64,000 nt of DNA from Solirubrobacterales bacterium (GTDB lineage: Bacteria > Actinomycetota > Thermoleophilia > Solirubrobacterales > 70-9): the NCBI GenBank assembly GCA_035764545.1, contig DASTYZ010000037.1, positions 119-64,118 on the forward strand, written 5' to 3'. The notes below the pieces were generated by a model. That model had not been told where the DNA came from. It searched no databases and was given only the letters and a program-made list of their open reading frames with translations. This document shows, in pieces, positions 56,668 through 64,000 of this stretch. Both the position numbers and the translations under genes were made by a program. Each line of letters starts with the position of its first letter. The first letter of the stretch is position 1.

Positions 56668-57537
56668 TCAGGGTTTGCCGCTGCGAACGACGTCGAGCTT
56701 GATGACGTTGAACTTGTACCGGACCTTGTTCGGCCCGTACTCGAAGGTCTCGGGGAAGCCTTTCTCGACTTCCATCAGCTCGCAGCTGTCGGTGCCGGAG
56801 ATGCATTCGGCGTCGCCGAAGGCGGCCGTCACATCTCTGGAGATCATGAAGATCGCTTTACCCGTTTCCAGGTTGGCGCCCAGGTAGGTGACGACCGGGG
56901 CTTTCTCCCCCGGCAGCGGCGTCAGCGGGCGGACGCCCTCGCGGACGACCGGCTCCCCCATCTTCTGACTGCCGTCCTCCTGCTCTTCGGTGTGCGATAT
57001 CTGCACCTTCATCGCGAAGGTGAAGGCCTGGGTTTGGGGACCGGCGGGGGATGGGTTCGCCCCACCAGGGTTGGCGGGCTCGCTGCCACCTTCAGAGCCG
57101 CCTTCGATGACGTCGGCGACGCTGCCGTCGGATGCACTGGTCGACGAGGTGGATTCGGGGGACGACCCGCCCGTTTCGGTGACGGAGCTGAGCTCCGCGC
57201 CCTTCAGCATCGGGCCGGAGAAGCGCTGGTGGAAGGGATCCGTGGGAGCGCGGCCGCGCAAGCGGCGGCGATAGTCGCGCAGATCGGGGTGCGCCTCGAC
57301 TACCGTCAGCGACGAAGCCTGCGCAGCTTCCGAGGGATCAGCGCTGCCGGTGCTCGCGGGCGAAGTTTCCGGTGGGGATTCGCTGAGAAGGAAGGGGACC
57401 GCGACGATGGCAACGAGGACAAGAGCGAGCAGCGGCAGCAGGCGCCGGTCGCGCAGGTCGCCGTAGAGGTCGCGCAAGACCGGCGGGATCTTCAACTCGG
57501 AGAGCTTCAGCTCGGGACCTTTTTTGAAACGTTTCAT
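56668..57537 (-). CDS. membrane-anchored hypothetical protein, last gene of the pilMNO operon
   Basis: 289 aa with a single TM segment (LLPLLALVLVAIVAVPFLL) followed by a Ser/Pro/Gly-rich linker. Its start overlaps the pilO stop by 4 nt. Confidence 0.5.
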   Translation of the reverse strand: MKRFKKGPELKLSELKIPPVLRDLYGDLRDRRLLPLLALVLVAIVAVPFLLSESPPETSPASTGSADPSEAAQASSLTVVEAHPDLRDYRRRLRGRAPTDPFHQRFSGPMLKGAELSSVTETGGSSPESTSSTSASDGSVADVIEGGSEGGSEPANPGGANPSPAGPQTQAFTFAMKVQISHTEEQEDGSQKMGEPVVREGVRPLTPLPGEKAPVVTYLGANLETGKAIFMISRDVTAAFGDAECISGTDSCELMEVEKGFPETFEYGPNKVRYKFNVIKLDVVRSGKP

Positions 57538-58286
57538 GGGGTCCCTTCGACAATGGCGGCGGCCGGCGTCGCGACCGCGGTTTCGGGACTGACCGGCGAA
57601 GCGCCGCCGGTTATCCCCTCACCCGGGGGGGTGATGAAGGTGGTGACGGCAAAGCTGCCTTCGAGGGCGGGAAAGCCCTTCTCCTCGTCGGGCACAAGCG
57701 AGAAGCCGTCGATGGTCAGGAGCCGGCCGTCGACCAAGACGTCTTCGTTCTCGGTCTTGACCAACGCGTCAAGCTTGGCGATGAAGTCGGCGATCGTGAA
57801 GAAGTTGCCGTCGAAGGTGAGCGTGTATGGCATCGCTGCCAGACCCGCCGGCCCCACGCTCGCCCCGAGTGGAAGGAGCGCCGCGGCTGCCTCGGTCGGC
57901 GAGGTTTCCGCCGGCGGAGGGGTCGCTTCTTCTGCTTCGCCTCCATCGGAGTTCAATTTGATGTCGCGGAATTCCACTTCGGTCTTCTCTGCGATGCGAT
58001 TGATCTGCACAAGGAGGGAGGCGGTGTCGTCATCGCCCGGTACGGCCTTTCCGAGGACGACCAGCTCCTGGTAGGCGGTGTCGAACTCTTCTCGGGCGAC
58101 TTCCCCCTGGGTCACTTCCCCCTGATGGATCGACAAGGACGTTTCCAAGCTCGCCGCTTCGCGGTCGAGTTTTGCCGCTTCCTCCCGCTTCGGGCTGACG
58201 GCGAGCATCCAGAAGGCGATGCCGACGACGACGATCAGGACGGCGCCGACGATCACCGTGTTGTTCGATTTGAGGTCGAGCTTCAT
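57534..58286 (-). CDS. pilO: type IV pilus assembly protein PilO-like
   Basis: Start trimmed to MKLDLKSNNTVIVGAVLIVVVGIAF. Has an N-terminal TM segment, a coiled coil and a C-terminal ferredoxin-like part (PYTLTFDGNFFTIADFIAKL). Starts 1 nt after the pilN stop. Confidence 0.7.
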   Translation of the reverse strand: MKLDLKSNNTVIVGAVLIVVVGIAFWMLAVSPKREEAAKLDREAASLETSLSIHQGEVTQGEVAREEFDTAYQELVVLGKAVPGDDDTASLLVQINRIAEKTEVEFRDIKLNSDGGEAEEATPPPAETSPTEAAAALLPLGASVGPAGLAAMPYTLTFDGNFFTIADFIAKLDALVKTENEDVLVDGRLLTIDGFSLVPDEEKGFPALEGSFAVTTFITPPGEGITGGASPVSPETAVATPAAAIVEGTP

Positions 58287-58287
58287 C

Positions 58288-59025
58288 TCAGCCTTCTTCC
58301 GAGCTTTCTTCGGATTCGGGCGCCGGTTCTTCGACCGGGGCCGCCACTTCGCCTTCCGCAGAGGTGACCGGGACGGGGGCGGCGTCGAAGGTGACGACCA
58401 TTTCGAATTTGGTGATGAAGGCACGGGTGCGACAGTCCGCGTTCGAACCGGTGCCGGCGCCGCCATCGGCGGCGATTTCCGACGAAGGCATGCCGACGCG
58501 GGTGACGCCATCGATGTCCTTGACGTCGGTGACGAAGCCTGCCAGCGCCTCCTGCCCGGTAGCGCACCCGGTCAGCTGCAGCGCCGGGCCCGGCGCTTCT
58601 TCTCTCAAGCTGCCGGCTCCACCAGAGGCACCCTCAACGGTCAGCCCCGGTGCCGCGGTGGCGGTCAGATCGATCAGCCAGACGTCGTCGGGGAGGACGA
58701 GTGAGAGTTCACGCATCACCCGCTCCCAGTCGAAGCGGCTATCGGCGAGGCTCTTGACGGTTTCCACCCGCTGATCCGCGAGAACCTTGAACTGGACGTA
58801 GGGGGCGAGCTGCTGCGCCTTCGCGGTGGCGGCGGCGTCTTCGCTTTCGAGCTGGGCGACGTCCGCCTTGCGGTCGGCGATCTTGTTGCCCATCAGGACC
58901 ATCGCCGTCACCCCGACGAGGACGGCGACGCAGGCGCCGACGACGAGGTAGACGAGGGCGCCGGTGCGCAGCGGCGCGGTTTCGCCGCGGCGGTCCTCCG
59001 GCGGGATCAGGTTGACCGGCCTCAT
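58288..59025 (-). CDS. pilN: type IV pilus assembly protein PilN-like
   Basis: 245 aa with the typical N-terminus MRPVNLIPPE followed by one TM segment. Overlaps the pilM stop. Confidence 0.8.
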   Translation of the reverse strand: MRPVNLIPPEDRRGETAPLRTGALVYLVVGACVAVLVGVTAMVLMGNKIADRKADVAQLESEDAAATAKAQQLAPYVQFKVLADQRVETVKSLADSRFDWERVMRELSLVLPDDVWLIDLTATAAPGLTVEGASGGAGSLREEAPGPALQLTGCATGQEALAGFVTDVKDIDGVTRVGMPSSEIAADGGAGTGSNADCRTRAFITKFEMVVTFDAAPVPVTSAEGEVAAPVEEPAPESEESSEEG

Positions 59026-60119
59026 CGACCCTCCAGTGCCAGTCCGAAGGGCAGGGTCAGGCGCGCGGCCGTGGCGGGGTCGAAGCCCTCGAGCGCGGCC
59101 GGCAACGCCGGCTCGATGCGGAGGCTAAGCGCCGCCTCCATCCGTTGCGACAAGCCGGGGATCGCGCTGCCGGGTCCGCAGAGAACGATGCGCTCGACCG
59201 GAAGCGCGGCCTCCTGGGCGCCGTAGTAATCGAGCGAGAGCCGCAGCTCGTCGACGAGGTCGCTGAGGCCGGCTTCGAGCACCCGCCTCACCTCGGCGAC
59301 CATCGCGGGATCGCCCTCGATCTCCTCGACCGGTTGTTCGAGCCCGACGTGGTTCAACCACTGCCGGGCATGGACTGCGACGAGGCCGAGCGAGGATTCG
59401 AGGCTGGTGACGACCCCCTCGAGGCCGACGTGGGAGACGCGGGTGAAGAGGCAGGACGAGCCGCGGGCGACTGCCAGGTTGGTGACGTCGCCGAGGTTGC
59501 AGTAGAGGGTCGCCTGATCCGGGGTGTCCGTCCCGTCGGGCGAGGGCGACCCATTCGAGAGAGCGCGGATCATCCCGAACGCCGCCAGGTCCACCCCGGC
59601 GGGATGAAGGCCGGCGCGGCGCACCGGCTCGACGACGGAGGCGATCATCTCCCGGCGGGCGGCGACGACGAGCACGTCCACCTGAGGCGCTCCACCTTCC
59701 TCGCCAGGAATGGCGCCAACCACCTGGTGCTCGAGCACGGCCTGGTCCAGCGGCATCGGGATCTGCTCCTGCGCCTGGAACCGGATGGCGGCATCGAGCT
59801 CCTTGGGGTCCTCGATCGCCGGCAGCCGCAGGGTCCTGACGATCACCCGCTGGTTGCCGACGCCAAGCCGCACCTGCTTTGGAAGCTTGTTTTCGGCGAA
59901 GAGGTCCTTCAGTGAGTCGGCCAGGACATCGGGATCGAGCACCTCACCCTCGTGGAAGGTGCCGGGCGGCAGCGGCGCAATTCCCGATGCTCCGAGGCTG
60001 GCGACGCCGTTGACCCGGACTTCGGCCGCGGCGATGCTGCCGGCCTCGATGTCGAGGCCGACGACGGCTTTTGCCTTCTTCTTGGTGGTTGGGAGATTCA
60101 GTCGCATCTGAACATGCAT
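59022..60119 (-). CDS. pilM: type IV pilus assembly ATPase-fold protein PilM
   Basis: Actin-like fold pattern VGLDIEAGSIAAAEV ... VERIVLCGPGSAIPGL. The start is ambiguous (TTG 60152, ATG 60119 or ATG 60107). Confidence 0.85.
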   Translation of the reverse strand: MHVQMRLNLPTTKKKAKAVVGLDIEAGSIAAAEVRVNGVASLGASGIAPLPPGTFHEGEVLDPDVLADSLKDLFAENKLPKQVRLGVGNQRVIVRTLRLPAIEDPKELDAAIRFQAQEQIPMPLDQAVLEHQVVGAIPGEEGGAPQVDVLVVAARREMIASVVEPVRRAGLHPAGVDLAAFGMIRALSNGSPSPDGTDTPDQATLYCNLGDVTNLAVARGSSCLFTRVSHVGLEGVVTSLESSLGLVAVHARQWLNHVGLEQPVEEIEGDPAMVAEVRRVLEAGLSDLVDELRLSLDYYGAQEAALPVERIVLCGPGSAIPGLSQRMEAALSLRIEPALPAALEGFDPATAARLTLPFGLALEGR

Positions 60120-60180
60120 CGACAGCTGGGGCGAAAACCTTTCGCCCTGCAACTACCGATTTCTGGAAGAACCCGCACGG

Positions 60181-60933
60181 CTAGAAAGTGCTCAGGTAGA
60201 GGTCGATCAGCTCGTCGCCGGCGAAGAGGGCGACAACGCCACCGAGGGCGAGAAACGGCCCGAAAGGGATCCCTTGCTTACGGGCGGCGGCGCCCTCTCG
60301 CGCCATCAGCGCCAGGCCGACCAGCGCACCTGCGAGCAGGGCGATCATCAGCGCCGGCGCCACGTTGCGGCCGAGGAACAGGCCCATGGTCGCCGCCAGC
60401 TTCACGTCTCCCAGCCCCATCCCCTTCGGGTAGGCCAGGGCCGCCGCGAACAGCAGCCCCCCTGCACCGGCAGCGGCGGCAAGGCGCTCAGGCATGCTGC
60501 CGGGGTCTCCGATCAGGACGATGGCTGCCCCCAGGATCGAGGCGACGAGAAGGATCTTGTTGGGGATCAGCTTCAGCTCGAGGTCGGTCAGGGTGACGGC
60601 GACGAGCGTGCTGACGAAGACCAGGCCGAGGGCGATCTCCCAGGGCTCGTCCCAGAATGCGGCCGTGACCGCGGCGAACAGCAGGGCCACCACGATCTCG
60701 GTCAGCGGGTAGCGGGCGGAAATACCGGCGCCGCAGCAGCGGGCTCGGCCGCGCAGGGCAAGCCAGGAGAAGAGGGGCACGTTGTCGTAGGCGGCGATCT
60801 GCGTTCCGCAGCCGGGACACCGCGAACGGGGCCCGACGACGGATTCAGCCCGCGGAACGCGGTGCGCGACGACGGTGAGGAAGCTGCCGACCAGCAACCC
60901 CATGAGCAGGGCGTAGGTCACTCCCATGACCAA
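60181..60933 (-). CDS. pilD: prepilin peptidase (A24 family)
   Basis: 250 aa polytopic protein with N-terminal Cys pairs RSRCPGCG...CCGAGI and a catalytic Asp context GMGLGDVKL. Confidence 0.9.
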   Translation of the reverse strand: MVMGVTYALLMGLLVGSFLTVVAHRVPRAESVVGPRSRCPGCGTQIAAYDNVPLFSWLALRGRARCCGAGISARYPLTEIVVALLFAAVTAAFWDEPWEIALGLVFVSTLVAVTLTDLELKLIPNKILLVASILGAAIVLIGDPGSMPERLAAAAGAGGLLFAAALAYPKGMGLGDVKLAATMGLFLGRNVAPALMIALLAGALVGLALMAREGAAARKQGIPFGPFLALGGVVALFAGDELIDLYLSTF

Positions 60934-60936
60934 CTC

Positions 60937-62361
60937 CTAGCCGCCTCCGCTGGAGGCGGGCGTCTCGACCTCGAGCCGGCTCGGGTAGTTCGGGTGGTCG
61001 TACATGAACCCCAGCGCATCGCCGTCGGTGCCGGCGAAGTCGACGCTCAAGGCGATCCCGAGGCGATGTTCCGGTGCGATCACATACGGGGCATCGGCGA
61101 ATTCGATCGTTCGCCGAACCTTGGTCCACTTGTTGCGCGGCCAGAAGCCCACCTGATCACCCGGTTCGTAGCTCCAGTAGGTCGCCCCCTGGTCGGTTTT
61201 GAGAAAGGTGTCCGTCGCCACCGGTTTTTCACCGCTGCTTTCCGAGCGGTCGAAGAGGTAGATGCAGAGCCGGCCCCGGTGGATGGCGTCGTTGAGGGTG
61301 CGGGTGTAGAACTCGAGCGTCGCCGAGCCCGACATGACGAAGGCTTTCGCCATCTTGTCGCTGACCCAGCGATGCACCTGGCTCTCCGGGGCCGCCGTGC
61401 CGGTCGGGTCGTAGTTGCAGCCCTCGCTGTCGTCGTGGCGGATCTGCAGGCCCTTGTCGGTATCGGGGTTGGGCTCCAGGTAGAGGTCGTCGGAGTAGTC
61501 GAAGAAGCCGGGGACGAGGTCGTTTTCGAGATCGGGATCCGGCGGCGAGGTCGTCTGCAGGCTGTCTGGCGCCCCGGCGATCCCGCCGGTCTGCGGGCCG
61601 CTGGAGCAGGTGCCGAGGGTGTTGTGGAGCAGGTGATCGGAGGCGATCGTCTGTCGAGCCGTGGCCCCGGTTTTCGCGCACGGCGTATCGGAGAGGTAGA
61701 ACTGCACTGCGGTGAGCCCATCCGGGGTGCCGCCGCCGGTCCCGCCCTGAGTGGGCTCCGGTTCATTCAATGCCGCGGGGTCGATCCGCTTCGCCTGCAC
61801 TTCGACGTAGCCGCGTTCGGCCTGTCCGACGAGGCCTTTCGGCTGCACCGCGACGACAACCTGTTTGTAGTCGTGTTCGCCGGGGCACTGCGCATCCGGA
61901 CAGCTGGGGTCGTTTCGCCAAGCGACGTAGCGGTAGATCTTCCCGGAGACGCCGCCGTCGCCGCTCGTTTTGCCGCTCGAGTAGGCGGATTCGGGACTGA
62001 AGCCGATGTCGCTGCTGACCACGAGCGGCGCCGGTTCTCCGATCGGGTTGCGCCGCAGAGAGAAATTGCCGCTTTCGACGCGGAAGTTGGGGTTGAGGCT
62101 GCTCGGCGAGTGCGTCGGCAGGTTGGTGATCGCGAGTTCGTCGTAGGGGACGCCGCGCAGGCGCTCGATCTCTTCCTGCGCCAGGTCCAGCGCCACCTGG
62201 CTTGCCTTCGCCCGCTGCGCGTTACGGGTCGCGGAGGCGAGGATGCCGAAGGTGGCGAGGGCGGCGAGGGAAAGCACGAGGATCGCGACGACGACCTCGA
62301 CCATGGTCAATCCCTCCTCGCCTGCCAGCGGCCGTAGATGTGCTTGCACCCGTCGCATCAT
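60937..62361 (-). CDS. large minor pilin / pseudopilin (prepilin-type N-terminal methylation domain)
   Basis: 474 aa with class III signal ...GEEG|LTMVEVVVAILVLSLAAL (Glu at +5). Confidence 0.65.
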   Translation of the reverse strand: MMRRVQAHLRPLAGEEGLTMVEVVVAILVLSLAALATFGILASATRNAQRAKASQVALDLAQEEIERLRGVPYDELAITNLPTHSPSSLNPNFRVESGNFSLRRNPIGEPAPLVVSSDIGFSPESAYSSGKTSGDGGVSGKIYRYVAWRNDPSCPDAQCPGEHDYKQVVVAVQPKGLVGQAERGYVEVQAKRIDPAALNEPEPTQGGTGGGTPDGLTAVQFYLSDTPCAKTGATARQTIASDHLLHNTLGTCSSGPQTGGIAGAPDSLQTTSPPDPDLENDLVPGFFDYSDDLYLEPNPDTDKGLQIRHDDSEGCNYDPTGTAAPESQVHRWVSDKMAKAFVMSGSATLEFYTRTLNDAIHRGRLCIYLFDRSESSGEKPVATDTFLKTDQGATYWSYEPGDQVGFWPRNKWTKVRRTIEFADAPYVIAPEHRLGIALSVDFAGTDGDALGFMYDHPNYPSRLEVETPASSGGG

Positions 62362-62942
62362 TCGAAAGGGTTCCCGCCCCTCAGGGTGGCCCCGTCGGAG
62401 ATGGTGAGATGTTCATCTCCATCGTGCTCTGGAATCCGGAAGTTGACGCCGACGAAGGTGGCTTCTTCGAGGTCAGGCGAGTAGCTGAAGACTTTGGCGT
62501 TGTCGATGCCGCCGATCAGGGGCACGGCGGTGCCGGCACCGGTCGAGGACGAGTCGGTCTCGGCACGCGTGCAGCCCGTAGCGCTGCAGCTATAGGTGAT
62601 CTTGCAGACACGCGCCGATTCCCCAGGCGCCAAGCTGCCGGTGCCGCCGCAGGTCGCATGGCGCGTGTAGGCGGTAAAGGCCACGGTCGAGGCGCTCGAC
62701 TCTTTGGCGACGACGGTGATTCCGTTGCGGATCTCCCGGGTCATCCGCTCCAGCACGTAACGGGCGGTGGAGATGTCCTGCGAGCTCTGGCTGATCTCCG
62801 GCTGCTGGCGGACGGCGCTGATCAGCATCGAGGTGGCGGCGCCGACGACGATCACGCTCATCGTCGCGGCGACGAGCAGCTCGATCAGCGTCAACCCGGC
62901 CTCCGCATCGGAGCGACGAACCCGCTGGATCAAGGCCTTCAC
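62358..62942 (-). CDS. minor pilin (PilW-like prepilin-type protein)
   Basis: Start set to a GTG overlapping the upstream stop (GTGA). The signal is ...DAEAG|LTLIELLVAATMSVIVVG. Confidence 0.7.
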   Translation of the reverse strand: MKALIQRVRRSDAEAGLTLIELLVAATMSVIVVGAATSMLISAVRQQPEISQSSQDISTARYVLERMTREIRNGITVVAKESSASTVAFTAYTRHATCGGTGSLAPGESARVCKITYSCSATGCTRAETDSSSTGAGTAVPLIGGIDNAKVFSYSPDLEEATFVGVNFRIPEHDGDEHLTISDGATLRGGNPFE

Positions 62943-64000
62943 GGGGCGACCACCTTGAAGGCGCGGCTGGCCGGCCGGTCCTCGACGACGCCGATGGCGT
63001 TCACCGCTTTGACCCGGAAGACGTGACGGCCGAGGCCGAGGCGCTTGAGCTTGAAGGGCGATCCGCAGCTGCTCCAGCGACGGCGATCGACCTTGCACTG
63101 GAAACGCGTCCCCGGCTGCGCGGTCGCGTCGGTGAAGCGGAAGACCGGGCGGCGGCTGCGGGTCTTGGCGGCCGGGCCGAAGGTGATCCGGCTCAGCGGC
63201 TTCACGTAGGCGATCCCGTCGTGCCTCTTCACTTCCTCGCTCGGCGGCTTCGAGGTTGATCCGGAGTTGCCGGCGGGGGAGCCGTCGCCCGGGCCTTCAC
63301 CGCCACTGGAGGGGGAAGCCTGCTGCGTGTAGCTGACTGGGTTCGAGCAGAGCGAGGTGAAGCCGTCCGCTTCCGCGGTTGCCCAGAAGGTGGTCGTGGC
63401 TGCGGTTGCTGCTTTGACGAGGATTCCCGGCGACCCCAGTTCCTCCGCGGTGCCGGTCGCCACCGGTTCGCCGAAGCAACCGGAGTTGGGGTAGATCTTG
63501 ATTGAGGAGCCCGGCTCGGCGCTGCCGAGCAACCGCGGTTCCGTGCTCTCCGCGGGGCTGGCCGGAGAAGTGCTCTGCAACAGCGGCGGCTGTGGCCCAA
63601 GGTCGAGATCGGAGGAGTTGCCGGTCGACACCAGCCGCGTGACCTCTCCCCCCACCTCCGGGTCAAAGGCGCGCTCGTAGATGTCGGCTTCGGAGTCGAC
63701 GTCCTCGGCGGCGAGGCGCTCTTCGGTCTGGAACATCGCGTGCTCGCCGTCGTTCGAAGCGTCGACGAAGATCGCGTTGCAGGCGGCCACCGGGCAGAGC
63801 CCGGGAGGCGGCGTCCAGAGGGTGGTCTCCCCCGCGCCGATATCGCGGGCGTAGATGTCGTCGTCGTTGTCGAAGTCCTGCGGCGAGAGCGCCTCTTTGG
63901 TGGTGAAGAAGACGCGGTCACCATCGGCGGTGGCGCGGTTGAAGCGCGCCGGCACCTCCCCGCTACCGCACGGCGAGCAAGCGGCCGCGCCGGCCGAGAT
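62939..64000 (-). CDS. large secreted repeat protein, C-terminal part (open to the window edge), co-oriented with the pilin genes
   Basis: The reading frame stays open through 64000. It has repeated units of the type DGDRVFFTTKEALSPQDFDNDDDIYARD / DGEHAMFQTEERLAAEDVDSEADIYERA and a C-terminal Ig-like end. The stop overlaps the next gene's start. Confidence 0.5.
   Translation of the reverse strand: MSAGAAACSPCGSGEVPARFNRATADGDRVFFTTKEALSPQDFDNDDDIYARDIGAGETTLWTPPPGLCPVAACNAIFVDASNDGEHAMFQTEERLAAEDVDSEADIYERAFDPEVGGEVTRLVSTGNSSDLDLGPQPPLLQSTSPASPAESTEPRLLGSAEPGSSIKIYPNSGCFGEPVATGTAEELGSPGILVKAATAATTTFWATAEADGFTSLCSNPVSYTQQASPSSGGEGPGDGSPAGNSGSTSKPPSEEVKRHDGIAYVKPLSRITFGPAAKTRSRRPVFRFTDATAQPGTRFQCKVDRRRWSSCGSPFKLKRLGLGRHVFRVKAVNAIGVVEDRPASRAFKVVAP

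Noticed and set aside
60274-62337. 687-aa plus-strand ORF opposite pilD and the large pseudopilin
   Set aside because: It is antisense to the A24 peptidase and to a gene with a clear class III signal peptide. The sequence is low-complexity.

Overview
High-G+C, densely coding bacterial chromosome segment, mostly transcribed on the minus strand. All calls come from reading the translated ORFs and the DNA by eye; no database search was run. The gene order rpmE-prfA-prmC-tsaC...wecA-like-atpIBEFHAG matches what I recall from Actinomycetota such as Mycobacterium, so the source is probably a high-GC monoderm (Thermoleophilia/Rubrobacteria-like is a guess).

Housekeeping content:
- F1Fo ATP synthase operon (gamma is cut by the left edge)
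- an envelope-glycan cluster (WecA-like, AsnB, DUF354, sugar transferase)
- glyA
- translation-termination genes
- EtfAB plus ETF-QO, thiolase, MeaB and a B12-binding domain
- PepA and an aldehyde dehydrogenase
- a GT4/GH57/two-methyltransferase/acyltransferase cluster resembling the mycobacterial methylglucose-lipopolysaccharide locus
- a class III cyclase and GGT
- a parA-like/ftsZ pair next to two ArsA/Get3-like ATPases
- a pilMNO-pilD-pseudopilin type IV pilus cluster

Most unusual items:
1. A visibly lower-GC 1.8-kb single-gene cassette (8018-9807) bounded by about 125-bp structured inverted repeats. Its orphan 439-aa protein has a C-terminal HEPN-type RNxxxH motif, making it a candidate single-gene defence or abortive-infection nuclease.
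2. The bounding repeat belongs to a rod-like hairpin family. A third, diverged copy lies at 40053-40179, and the stems covary between copies.
3. The parA-like gene overlaps ftsZ, and both proteins carry long N-terminal extensions that share a near-identical roughly 55-nt DNA block (peptide GPVSDxPLPPT).
4. A 1903-aa Sec-signal RHS/YD-repeat polymorphic toxin has a tandemly duplicated beta-helix N-terminus, an unrecognised glycine-zipper-ended C-terminal domain, and a tightly coupled small downstream ORF that is a candidate immunity gene.

No rRNA, tRNA or CRISPR array was seen. Many long ORFs in the track are antisense or shadow ORFs typical of high-GC DNA and were rejected.
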